From NCBI RefSeq assembly GCF_963506605.1, contig NC_083285.1, positions 26,722,001 through 26,786,000 on the forward strand: 64,000 nt of DNA, given 5' to 3'. Origin of the DNA: Zootoca vivipara (lineage: Eukaryota). Below the pieces are notes generated by a model. That model was not told the origin of the DNA. It made no database searches and was given only the letters and a program-made list of their open reading frames with translations. The position numbers and the translations under genes are program-made. The stretch's first letter is position 1. Each line of letters starts with the position of its first letter. This document shows, one piece after another, positions 50,747 through 62,895 of the stretch.

Positions 50747-53118
50747 GTCTAGTGTGTATTACCCTTTGCATACTACATATGACTCTGGCACCTATATTCA
50801 TTTTCCATACTGTCTACTGGATGAGTTGGTCTTTTTATATATTCTGCCAAGAATATGGAATGCTCCCTTTTCCTATCTAACAGCAGCTATAAGCAGATGG
50901 GGTGTAGTTTCTGGGAAACACAAGGAAGTAAGTGTTCCACTGTTGTCTTATTACTTGCACATTGAGTCTAGGGGATTCCCCAGGATGGTTTTAGACTTGC
51001 CTTTTGCAAGAGCTTTAAATTGGTGTTTATTTTCCTTTATAGAGAACTACTGTGCTCATATTTTCTTGCAAGGAAAACGCAGCTATGCTAAATCCTCAGA
51101 TCAATAGCTGTGCAAGTGTGCACTGTCATTCGGTTGTTCCACTGACATCAGCTGGACTTTTGTAATGAGTTATTACAAAGCAGAATTTACTTTTCTGTCC
51201 TTGTCATCAATATGGCCCTTTTAAAAACCCAGCAATTTCAAATAAAAGTGAGGAACTAGTAAGACACCCCCAACAATTCCAGTCCTGTACTAATATTATA
51301 AAAAAATATAATTACCATTTGAATCTGGCAGTTGTGTCAAGTGCTTGTATATCTATTTACTACAAGCACTCAAATAATAAAAAATTAGATGATAATAATG
51401 ATAATGATAAATGATAGTATTTGATTAATGCCTATACATGAGTGAGGTGTTAGGAGGTTTGCATTCTCCCTGTCTGGAATGCATTAATAAAAATGACACT
51501 TCATGATATGTTGTGTTCTTTGGTGATTGGGCTGGGCTACAGAGCCCACAGAAAACTGAGAATTTGGGAATCAGTTTTGTGCTTCTATCATAAATGGAAT
51601 GCCTGAATATTCATGGGAAGCAGGGAAAGGGTTTAAAAGAAGACTCAGTAATTCAATTTATGTTCCCAGTATTTTCTTCTTCTTCTTAAATGCACAGTTG
51701 TGCTGCTTTTTTCCTCCTCCTAACTTCAGACTTGGCTGGAGTTTAGTCATTATGTAGGACAACGGAGCCTATGAAATCAATAATTCAGCTTTAATAATAG
51801 CCCACAAAAACTTCCATGACATAAGGGGAAGAGTTTTTCTCTCTCATGGTCACAGGCTGAACTTTTGTGACACATAGTGAAAACCATTAGAAGGTAAAAA
51901 CAAATGTTGTTTTTTATACAGTACTTGAGTTCAGTGAACAGTTTAAATCTCACTGTGGCATACATTTTTACTTTTAATATCTGATGAAAATGGTATTTTA
52001 TACATTATTAAAGAAAATGAGAAAACCATGATTGCTACCAAAATGACTTTGGAGTTACTGGCTTAAGTGTGTAAACTGTGAGAGACCAAGTTCTTTATGT
52101 AATTTTCACTCTAGTTGTGGACTTTGCTAGGTGCCCTGAGGCAAACTGTTATCTCTTAGGCTCTGCAGTAAGAGGGTAATATTACTGACTACCTGTAAGG
52201 AAGGGTTGTTGTAAGGGTTATTAAGATCACATGTACATAAAGCACTCTGAATGAACTCCAAAGAGCTATATAAATGCTAAGTGTTAGCATCATCTAGATT
52301 TTTAATGCAGTAATTTAACATAGATGTGGCTGCTGCTTATGGTTCTGCACCTACAATTCTGATGGTTTAAAAATGTTTTCTTTGTGTGGGTATTTTATGG
52401 GCTATTGACTCCCAATATGTTGTATCAGCAATTTCATTGACATTAAGAATTTACTGCAGCTTTGAGTGACTGTCAGTTCTCTGCTGTGCTAATGGCTTGT
52501 TAAGAAAGACATCTAACAACTTAGAACTGAACACATGCCATTTCTATTCGAAGAAGCAATTATGTATGCTGACACAGCATATGCTATTGAAAGAGCCGTT
52601 CTTACATGTTGTTCCAGCTAACTGTGTATTTCATCTTCTACAGTAACTACTAAATGTTCAGGTGGACTTAACTGCATGTAATGTATAAGTAATGGGGGGG
52701 GGGAACCCTGCTTGGTGATATTTTGTCCCCCCCCCCCACATTTAATGCAGCCACCTACTTTAAAGCAAGTTCTTCAGGTTTAACCCTTCCATCAATTTGT
52801 TGACAAAATGTATGAATAAGGTATGACATGATAGGTTCAGCCAAAACTGACTTAGGAGGTGGAACCCTATTAACATAAAGGTCCGTAAGTGGGATTACTG
52901 CAAATTGAGTTCCCCCCATGTTTCTCCATTGCAGACATTCCATTACAGTCTCTCAGCATTCTGGCATATCCCCTAATACTGATTTGAGTCTTCCTCTCCT
53001 TGTGCTAATGTAGCCAAAACCATATAAGCTACATACAAGAGGGAAGTATCTGCAGACTCAGGGTATCCCAAAGTACTTACAAGTACTAAAAGCCTCCTGC
53101 TGAAACAAGCCTAAAGGA

Positions 53119-53437
53119 CAGGGGTCAGCAAACTTTTTCAGCAGGGGGCCGGTCCACTGTCCCTCAGACCTTGTGGGGGGCCGGACGATATTTTGAAAAA
53201 AAATGAACGAATTCCTATGCCCCACAAATAACCCAGAGATGCATTTTAAATAAAAGGACACATTCTACTCGTGTAAAAACACCAGGCAGGCTCCACAAAT
53301 AACCCAGAGATGCATTTTAAATAAAAGGACACATTCTACTCATGTAAAAACATGCTGATTCCTGGACTCTCCGCAGGCCGGATTTAGAAGGCGATTGGGC
53401 CACATCCGGCCCCCGGGCCTTAGTTTGGGAACCCCTA
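53119..53437. mobile_element. 319-bp non-autonomous hAT element with an internal ~59-bp direct repeat
   Basis: CAGGGGT..ACCCCTA ends; TSD CTAAAGGA; ccacaaataacccagagatgcattttaaataaaaggacacattctactc occurs twice. Confidence 0.85.
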
Positions 53438-54095
53438 CTAAAGGAGAACAACAAAGAAAGCAAGTATCAACAGGCTTGATACTTATACTAATTTCAAAAA
53501 AACAAGTTATATAGAGGTTATTGTGGCGCAATTACATTGTTGTTTCTGTTTTTAAATGAATTATTTTATTTTATATTTATTCTGGGCTTCCCTGAATAAG
53601 CTATGTTTGGTGTACCTAGTTTTCCCCCATTTAATAATCTCAGCAACCCTGCAGGGCAGGTTAGATAGAGTGTGTGTTACTGACCTTATCTAACCTAATG
53701 AATTTCATGGCTGAGTGAGGATTTGAACCTGGGTCTTCCTAGTTCGCCCCTTTACCTGTGTTAACCATACCAATCCTTCCTGCTCCTGGTCCTCAAATAA
53801 GGCTGACAATCTCACCTGCACCTTGCTTCCTTGCCAGGATCCCCCTTCTGCCCGTTGTCGCAAAATGTCCCTGTCTTGTTTGTTTGTTATTTATTGTTAC
53901 GGTTCTCAACCAGCATACACATATATACATAAAACAATCCAAAATACAATCTAAAATATAAGCAATAAATATAAACTTCAACTATTATAAAAATTATTAG
54001 ATAAAGGAAGGTATCACTACTTGGGAGGGTACAGCAAATGGTAGCACTGGATCATCTTTGGCTCTGTCCTGAAGTTTTATGGGCACTACTAACTA

Positions 54096-54467
54096 GGGAC
54101 CCAGGTGGCGCTGTGGGTTAAACCACAGAGTCTAGGGCTTGCTGATCAGAAGGTCGGCGGTTCGAAGCCCTGCAGCGGGGTGAGCTCCCATTGCTCGGTC
54201 CCAGCTCCTGCCCACCTAGCAGTTCAAAAGCACATCAAAGTGCAAGTAGATAAATAGGGACCACTCAGGCGGGAAGGTAAATGGCGTTTCCATGCGCTGC
54301 TCTGGTTCGCCAGAAGCAGCTTTGTCATGTTGGCCACATGACCCGGAAGCTGTCTGCGGACAAACGCCGGCTCCCTCGGCCTATAGAGCGAGATGAGCGC
54401 CGCAACCCCAGAGTCGGACACGGCTGGACCTGATGGTCAGGGGCCCCTTTACCTTTACCTTTAACTT
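54096..54467 (+). mobile_element. Sauria SINE, full length
   Basis: gggacccaggtggcgctgtgggttaaaccacag head; cctttacctttacc tail; flanking repeat taacta. Confidence 0.9.
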
Positions 54468-54968
54468 TAACTAGGTCAGCTCAGATTTTTATGGCTCTAG
54501 CACAGAACGTGGCTACCTTTGCTGTCACATTAGAGTTAGCATCTGAAAGAAGCCACTCTATATAGAAATTGTCCGAGTGCCCAGGAAGCTCAGCCAGCGT
54601 TGTGTGGATGAGCTCGCCTCACACCTCCTTGTAGTAGCTGCATCGCAGGAGTATGTGGCCAAACAAATAACAAACAATGTTCCTATCAATAACTCAACCA
54701 GTTTTGTTCCTCTGAAGAGTTGCTGCCTGCTCCCCATTGGTGGCCTAAGAGTCTGCTCCCACATGAGTCTGCCCACCTACTATGTCTTTTGTCTGAGACC
54801 ATGCTCAGTGTTCCATTGCCATTGGAAAGCTGGTTAGTGCCACAGGGCTTTTTGGGGGGAAGCTCAGTTGGCCGCCTCTCATTGCTTTTCTGAAGTTCTG
54901 TTAATGCCTTTCCCCCTTACTGTTCTGAGCTATATGTTGCTTCTCCCTCTTTTTTCAAATGATTATAT

Positions 54969-55313
54969 GGGTGGCGGTATGGTCTAAACCACTGAGCCTA
55001 GGGCTTGCCGATCGGAAGGTCGGCGGTTCAAATCCCCGCGACGGGATGAGCTCCCGTTGCTCGGTCCCAGCTCCTGCCCACCTAGCAGTTCGAAAGCATG
55101 TCAAAGTGCAAGTAGCTAAATAGGTGGGGAGGTAAATGGCGTTTCCATGCGCTGCTCTGGTTTCACCAGAAGCAGCTTAGTCATGCTGGCCACATGACCT
55201 GGAGAAACTGTCTGCGGACAAACGGCGGCTCCCTCGGCCAGTAAAGCGAGATGAGTGCCGCTACCCCAGAGTCATTTGTGACTGGACTTAACGATCAGGG
55301 GTCCTTCACCTTT
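54969..55313 (+). mobile_element. Sauria SINE
   Basis: Colinear with 54096-54467, with a small internal deletion. Confidence 0.88.
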
Positions 55314-55629
55314 TCTATGTGTTGATTTGATTAAATTATGTTTTTAACTTGTGATTGTGAGCTACCTTAGGGACTCCACGCGGAGCCCCATGTGGATAAA
55401 TTATTTTATATTCCATGCACCTCCCTGTCAAATTGACTGTTTACTCAAGGGAAATTGTGAGAATAATAGGCGCTTTCATCACTGTAGACTTCACTTCTGC
55501 TATGCAGCTGCGATACACCAAGGCAAGATAGTGAGCCATCTGTCTTCTTTCACCTGCCACCCCATACTTTAGTCAATCAATGCCTGATTCTTGGGTTTTA
55601 TGCAGGATCCACACTTTGATGCCTTAGTA

Positions 55630-57247
55630 CAGGGGTGTCAAACTCAAATTCATCGGGGGCCGCATCAGCAGTTTGGTCACCCTCAAAGGGCCGGTTGTAT
55701 CTGTGGGACTATGTGTCCACTCTTTATTATCACAAATTATTGTCACTGCATTCAATTATTACTGTTTTTTTGTAATAATGTAAGTAATAACTAGCTCTGA
55801 AAGCAGAAACATAGTCAGAATAATGGCAAGTAGATATTCAAATGTACAATTATTGTACAATTTATTGAAACATGATTTTTGGTAACTGCACTGGGTGGTG
55901 GAGGCTCGCTAGGGTTTCATGCAGGAGCTTTGCAGAGCTACTGGTACCTGGAGATGCTGGGGTCCTTCTGCATGCAGGACAGATGTTCTGCCAGTGAGCC
56001 ACCACCCTTCACCAAAGGCACTGGCTGAGGTTGACTCACTGGAGCTGCTCTCCTGGTTCCAGGGTTTAAGGGCCAGAAGTATAAAGCAGCATCCTATGTT
56101 TATGAGGAGAGGGAGAGGGAGGGGAGGGGAGGGAGGGAGGAAGGAAGGAAGGAAGGAAGGAAAGAGGGAGTGGGAGGGAGAGAGAGAGGAAGGAAGGAAG
56201 GAAAGAGGGGAGAGAAAGAAGAGTAGGAAATAAGGAAGGGAATAAAGAAGGAAAGAAAAAGAAAGAAAGAGGGAGAGAAGATGGAAAGGGAGAAAGAAGG
56301 AAGGAAGTAGAGAGGGAAAGAAAGAATAAGAATGAGGGGGAGGAAGAAAGATGGGAAGGACGGAAGGAAGGAAGGAAGAAAGGAAGGAAGGAAGGAAGAA
56401 AAGAGGGAGTGGGAGGGAGAGAGGAAGGAAGGAAAGAGGGGAGAGAAAGAAGAGTAGGAAATAAGGAAGGGAATAAAGAAGGAAAGAAAAAGAAAGAGGG
56501 AGAGAAGACGGAAAGGGAGAAAGAAGGAAGGAAGTAGAGAGGGAAAGAAAGAATAAGAACGAGAGAGAGGAAGGAAGAAAGGGAAGGGGGGGTCGCCGCC
56601 TTGATTCAGTGCCAGAAAAGAGCGCGAAGGGACCCAGGGGCAAAAAGCATTTCCCGTGCAGCGTGAGGCAGCGGGTGTCCGTTTTAGCAGACGTGCGTAA
56701 AGCCTCAGAGTTGCACGTTCATGAGGCTGAGCCGCGGCAGGAGGAGGAGGAGGTGAGGCAGGAGGAGGAGGAGGCGGCTTGTCGGGTCGGTGCCCGGCAG
56801 CACCGTACGGAGAGTGCCGAGCCTCTGGGACGCAGCAGTGCTCTGTAGCACTTTGAATCCTCCTCCTCCTCCACGCGGCGCTGCTGGGTGCTTTGTCTGT
56901 GCTTCAGCAGCAGCAGCCGTTTCCAGGCGCCGAGCCGTGGCAGGAGGAGGAGGATTCAAAGTGCTACAGAGCACTGCTGCGTCGCAGAGGCTCAGGACTC
57001 TCCGTGCGGCGCTGCTGGGCGCTGACCCAGCAAGCTGCCTCCTCCTTCTCCTGCTGTGGCTCGGGGAGCGCTCCACGCAGCGCTGCTCCGGCCGCCTTTC
57101 TACCCCCCCAGGCCCCAGCTGTTTGTTGGCGCTTTGTCGGCGCGGTGCTTCAGCAGCAAGGTCCCGCTGGCTGGGGTGCTTGGCGGGCCACATGACGAGG
57201 TCTGGCGGGCCGGATTTGGCCCGCGGGCCTTGAGTTTGACACCCGTG
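55630..57247. mobile_element. 1.6-kb composite non-autonomous hAT element
   Basis: TIR CAGGGGTGTCAAACTCAA / TTGAGTTTGACACCCGTG; TSD CCTTAGTA (55622-55629, 57248-57255). Confidence 0.88.
56105..56592. repeat. Polypurine low-complexity tract with an internal ~170-bp duplication
   Basis: Almost purely G/A on the + strand; blocks starting at ~56161 and ~56400 are near-identical. Confidence 0.9.
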
Positions 57248-57384
57248 CCTTAGTATCTGTGGATTTTTGTCAAGGGTATTTTAAACTTGTGGTATTACCC
57301 ACTCCCCTGTTTGATGAAAGGTTGTTCCAAGTGTCTTGCAAAGCCTACTTTTTATTATTAAGATGGTTTGAGCATACTTATAAC

Positions 57385-57860
57385 ACCAATCCTGGCTCAA
57401 CTGCCATTTAGTTCTAGGTCCAATTCAAAGTGCCTGTTTTGACACATAAAGCCTTAAACGGCTCAAGACAGTACCTCAAAAACTGACTCTCCCCATATGA
57501 ACTGATCCCAACCTTGTGATCATCACCTGAGGCCCTTCTTTATATGCCTCCTTCTCGAGAGGTCTGAGGGTGGCAGCGTGAGAAAAGGCCTTTTCTGCGG
57601 TGGCTCCCTACTTGTGGAATGTTCTTCCCAGGGAGGCTTGCCTGGCGCCTTCATTCTGTATCTTTAGGCGCCATGCAAAAACTTTCATCTTCGCCTAGGC
57701 CTTTGGCTAATTAAACAATATATGGCATTTTAAGCTACATATGTGGGTGGAGTATTGTTTTTGTTTGTTACTATGTTATGTATTTTTGTGCTTTTATATT
57801 GCAAACTGCCCTGTGGTCCTCAGATGACGGGAGGTATAGAAATTCAATGAATGAATGAAA
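57385..57860 (+). mobile_element. L2-like LINE 3' fragment
   Basis: caattcaaagtg..ataaagccttaaacggc..gccttttctgcggtggctccc..tgtggaat, typical of a squamate L2 end; (ATGA)n tail. Confidence 0.6.
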
Positions 57861-59042
57861 TATGTTGTGAGATGCTTAAGCACACTCTTTTTCTAAGCAT
57901 ATTTGGGCCTCTCCCCCTTTACCTCTTATTAGCTGGATGACAGTAAGTGTCAGACTCCTGAGATGAGGCAATCCTTTCTGAATTTTCAGTGAAATACCAA
58001 ATTGCATGTGTTCACTGTGTGTACTGTTATAGAGAACAGATGGACTTATTTAGTCTAGAGCGTTTAATTGCTTCTTGAGTGTGAGCCAACCTGCACTTTT
58101 CTTCCTAATTTATATTAATCTTTTTAACTTTCAAAAGTTCTATCATCTGGTTTAAGCAACAACACAAGCCATTCCTTTCGCTCACACTTTTTGCTGTGCT
58201 AACCACAAGGTGGTGCTCTGCTCCTTAGCTAGCACAGAGAACAGCATTAATCATAAATCACTAAGCGAAAGCATGCTAGAGGCCTCCCTACTCCTGGGGC
58301 ACCCAGTTTTTTTTCTTTTTTTAATGGTAGAATACATCTTTGTTCTTTGCCTGACCTGAAGAGTGACATCACTGCCTTTCTTCCTGTTGCACTGTAGCTG
58401 CTTGACTCACAGTCTTTGACACAAGCCAGATGGCTGCAATTGGTAGGCGCACAGGCTGCCTGGTACTACAGTTGATGAAACAGAATAGGAAGACGTTTTA
58501 TGATCAGCTGCGGGAGCACAATAAGACTCCAGCTTTGCTAGGTAATTACGTTTTCACTGCACACTTTTATTCCTCATGGTGAAGGTTGCTTGGGGGAAAA
58601 GATTACATTTTTTATTTGTGTGTTTGGAATGCATATACCTTTGATCTTTTATTAGTCAGTAGTCTGCTCCAGAGGAATGTTGGTTGGGTTTTTTTAAAAA
58701 AAGAAGAAGAAAGGAAACAAAAAGCAGTTCTGCAGTCACTCGTGAAAATGACATGTTTATTTATGTTTAATGGTTCTCTCAGGCGGTACTTACATTCTCA
58801 CTCTTCCTCCCCACCTCTCCATTTAGGAACTCACAAATGTTTCTTTCCCATAGCTTTCTAAGTCAGCGTTCAGCCATGTTAATTCAAGCAGGGGTTTTAT
58901 TGTTATTATTGCTGGAGGTACTTCAAACTGATTTAGTAATACATATATTGATGCTTCTTATGTAAAGGGACTGGAAGAAGCAACATGCAACTTCCCCTTT
59001 GCTTGACATAGGGGAAGTAGAAACAATCATCCTTCTTGTATA

Positions 59043-59297
59043 CAGTCATACCTTGGGTTACAGCCGCTTCAGGTTGTATCTTTTCGGGTTGCGCTCTGCT
59101 CCGAACCCGGAAGTACCGGAACGGGTTACTTCTGGGTTTCGGCACATGCACATGCGCAGAAGTGCTAGATCGCACTTTGCGCATGTGCAGAAGCGCTGAA
59201 TTGTGACCCGCGCATGCGCAGACGTGGGTTTTGCGAATGCTGTGGGTTGTGAACGTGCCTCCTGCACGGATCACGTTCGCAACCCGAGCATCCACTG
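59043..59297. mobile_element. Tigger-like Tc1/mariner MITE
   Basis: TA|CAGT...ACTG|TA ends; CpG-rich internal inverted motifs. Confidence 0.75.
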
Positions 59298-60098
59298 TAT
59301 GTTTAGGGTGGCTGCATATCCTACTTTAGAGGACAGCCCTCTGAAGAAGTGGTCAAAATCCAATTTTAAGGGACAGCAAGGGGCCTCTCAGTTAGTACAT
59401 GGAGAGCAGACTGCAGGCACTCCAGGTCACCCGGTCACTGTAACAAGCTGTATTTCGTTTAAGCTAGGAGATGCCTCTAAATTTGCACCCTAGAAAATTT
59501 CACACGAATAACATATCCTCTTCTATCCACACCTTTGGTGAGGTGTAACTGGGTAACCTACATATATTTGCATGCCTTTTACATTGCATAACTAATGTGC
59601 ACATGCACACAATGCAAATGGAAAGGATTGGATCCCAAGGTTTGTGTGAATAGAAGGCCGTTCATGCAGCAGATCTTTCCCGTCTCATCCAGACCCTGTG
59701 CTCCTTGAAAAGCATCTCTGGAGCATAGACTGTAGTGTGGGGTGGCAGCTACTGCTGTGGGGAAAGGGAATCAATGACAATTGGGAAGATTACATGTTGC
59801 ATGAGTGTGGTTCTGCTTTCACAAGGTGCCTTCGCTTGCATAACTTTTAGATTCAATCTCATGTTTTTCAGAACTTTAAGAGAGAGCAAAGAAGCTATAA
59901 CTATTACCCACCAGGGCCTTCCTCCTACTCTTTCGATGTTTGCACACAGGTTTCTAGGCTGTTGGTGTGCCCTGGTTTAGTGTACCCATGATGCCCACAA
60001 GCCAAATGAAAATGGTGTCAATTTCCATGTTGATCCTGTTTGGCCAAATTACACATCAGGGAATTAGCATGGCGGCCATAGATGGTATTTTACAAATA

Positions 60099-60385
60099 CA
60101 GTGGTGCCTCGCTTAACAAACGCCCCGTAAGACAAAAATTTCGCTTAAAGAAAGGATTTTTCTAGCGGAGGTTGCCTCGCTAGACAAATTTGTTTTACGA
60201 AAAATTCGTCTGGCGAATCGCGGTTTCCCATAGGAGTGCATTGAAATTCAATTAATGCGTTCCTATGGGCATTTTTTTTTTAAAAAAAATATTTCAATGC
60301 ATTCCTATGGGATTCGCTAGACAAATTTTTCGTTATAAGAATAGACCCGTGGAACGAATTAAATTCGTCTAGTGAGGCACCACTG
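60099..60385. mobile_element. Tigger-like Tc1/mariner MITE
   Basis: TIR CAGTGGTGCCTC / GAGGCACCACTG with TA TSDs. Confidence 0.85.
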
Positions 60386-61351
60386 TAAGGAATTGTCCAG
60401 GTTCTTGTACAAACATCTGCGAAACTCTGCAGCCCTTTCTACTGCTTCCTGCAACTTTAGTTTACCTTCAGATTACAGGCGGATGAAGTTGTCGTCACGA
60501 TGCAAAATTAGTGCAGCTAATAAAATGTTTTATTATACAAAGTGTGCAATCTATTGCAAACGTCTGGATATTCAAATGAACGGGAATAGCAGAAGAGAAT
60601 AGATGCAGCCTTGTACAATCTGTTTTATTGCAGCCTGTCAACTAGAAGTTTCTGATGGATCTTTTTGGTTCGCATTGCAGAAACTTAGGAAAAGATTCTG
60701 TTTATTTCATAGGGTAACTGCACTTTGCCAACTCTTGTAACAAATTTCCAGTCCCCTCAGATTAATTTTCCTCTCTGCATTCTCTTGCTCTTTGACCAAA
60801 GGCCTCAGTGCAGTGTTCATGGGGTTACGCCATTTAAATATGTTGACAGGGAAATTGTTAAAAGTACTCAACAGTTTCAAAGTGCCTATTATTTGTGTAA
60901 CACTATCTGCCCCATTATTTTGAAGGGACCTGGAACATTCATGTAATCTCATAATAAGTGAAAAAAGAAAAGTTCTGTGTTTTACTTTCTGAATTTTTCA
61001 TGAGATCATTTTCCAATCATCCATGAATTCCCATTTTTTGTTGTCTTGTATTTTAGCAAGGAGCATCATTGCCTGGTGCAGTCAGTGTGTTTGCTTATTA
61101 TGTTATCAATCATGCTAATGTAATCAAGCATAAAAGCCTGATGGCAAGGAATTAGATAAAATTACTTATAAATGTGTATTTGGAATGTTAGTATTTTCCT
61201 TTCATTTTAAAAAAAACATAACCATCAGTTTTGCTGTGAATGTATCTAACATTTTTGATGTTTTAATTTTATTTTCATCTTTTTTTTCTCCCTTACTCAG
61301 CTCTTGCCCCTGTTCTTTGCCTCTGGTTGTGTTGGTGAGGATATTACAGTG

Positions 61352-61427
61352 ATGTCTGCATTCAACCTACTGCATTTGGTGACAAAGAGCCAGCCAGTGG
61401 CCCTGCGAGCCTGTGGGCTTCCCTCAG
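61352..61427 (+). CDS. MSRB3: MSRB3 alternative exon (61301-61427), coding part: mitochondrial targeting peptide
   Basis: MSAFNLLHLVTKSQPVALRACGLPS-G matches the recalled MsrB3B N-terminus; strong acceptor ..ctcccttactcag| at 61300; donor CAG|gttgaa, phase 1. Confidence 0.93.
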
Positions 61428-61773
61428 GTTGAATGGGTGCTACTTGTTGTGGTCATTGCATATGGAGGTCCCTCTTAGTGACGTGGGTGCCTCTGCTACA
61501 GTAAATACTATGCCATGCTTTGCTAAACTGCTGGCTATCTAAAACGTCTGAAGCTGAAAGTATTTGTTTAAGAGACACCATGCTTTACAGCTATGTTGAA
61601 AAATTATCTGAGAAATGTTGAATGTCTTGGAGGCCCCTACATGACACAATTTCTTTAGATTTGACAACGTTTATCAGTTCTCAAAGAAAAAAAAAACCCC
61701 AATATACAGTACTGTAATCGTCCTGTAAATAATACATTAAATACTCCCCTAACCTAGCAATATTTAAGCAATA

Positions 61774-62014
61774 CAGTGGTACCTTGGAAGCTGAACGGAA
61801 TCCGTTCCGGAATTCAGTTCAACTTCCAAAATGTTTGGAAACCAAAGCACGGCTTCTGATTGGCTGCAGGAAGCTCCTGCAGCCAATCGGAAGCCCCATC
61901 GGACGTTCGGGTTCCAAAGAACATTCGCAAACCGGAGCACTCACTTCCGGGATTGCGGCATTTGGGAGCCAAAACGTCCGAGTACCAAGGCGTTCGGAAT
62001 CCAAGGTACGACTG
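61774..62014. mobile_element. Tigger-like Tc1/mariner MITE
   Basis: TIR CAGTGGTACCTTGGA / TCCAAGGTACGACTG with TA TSDs. Confidence 0.85.
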
Positions 62015-62033
62015 TATTTACAAATACTAGTTA

Positions 62034-62252
62034 CAGGTAGGTAGCCGTGTTGGTCTGCTGTAGTCGAAACAAAATAAAAAGATTCCTTCCAGTAGCATCT
62101 TAGAGACCAACTAAGTTTGTCATTGGTATGAGCTTTCGTGTGCATGCACACTTCTCAGGATACACAAGAAGTGTGCATGCACACGAAAACTCATACCAAT
62201 GACAAACTTAGTTGGTCTCTAAGGTGCAACTGGAAAGAATTTTTTATTTTGT
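62034..62252. mobile_element. Penelope-like element terminal fragments in inverted (hairpin) arrangement
   Basis: Arms ~62069-62155 and ~62167-62252; same family as 10725-10927; flanking repeat tgtatttacaaat. Confidence 0.7.
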
Positions 62253-62542
62253 ATTTACAAATGTTATCCATCTGCAGAATAAGGAAGACAATTTTCTGTG
62301 ATTGTCCCTCCCCACAGCAACCTCTTAATTCTACCCAACATCCACCCGGGCCCTGGGGGAATGAAGACCCTCCAGAGCAGATCTTGGGGAGGGGGAACCC
62401 AAAAACCGGACGTGAGAGTAGCGGCCCTTGCCCAAAGGTGTTTCCTGCCAATCATAGGGGAAGAGAATTGAAATTGACTCAGTAAGTGTCATAGTTTCCA
62501 CCTCAAAACACTAGCACCTACATTCCAGTCTAGATGTACTTA

Positions 62543-62895
62543 AAAGGTAAAGGGACCCCTGACCATTAGGTCCAGTCATGTCCTACTCTGGGGTTGTGGT
62601 GCTCATCTCGCATTATTGGCCGAGGGAGCAGGCGTACAGCTTTCCAGGTCATATGGCCAGCATGACAAAGCCGCTTCTGGCGAACCAGAGCAGCACACGG
62701 AAATGCCATTTACCTTCCCGCTTGGAGCGGTACCTATTTATGTACTTGCACTTTGACATGCTTTCGAACTGCTAGGTTGGCAGGAGCTGGGACAGAGCAA
62801 CAGGAGCTCACCCCGTCACGGGGATTCAAACCACCGACCTTCTGATCGGCAAGCCCTAGGCTCTGTGGTTTAACCCACAGCGCCACCCGCGTCCC
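62543..62895 (-). mobile_element. Sauria SINE, full length
   Basis: Colinear with 30099-30454. Confidence 0.9.

Noticed and set aside
55909-56643. 244-aa hydrophobic ORF
   Set aside because: Translation of a polypyrimidine tract (F/L/S/P rich) inside a transposon
61336-61354. Selenocysteine or read-through of the TGA fusing the ER and mitochondrial signals
   Set aside because: The downstream ATG is in a different frame, and MSRB3 is the Cys-type paralogue (MSRB1 is the selenoprotein)
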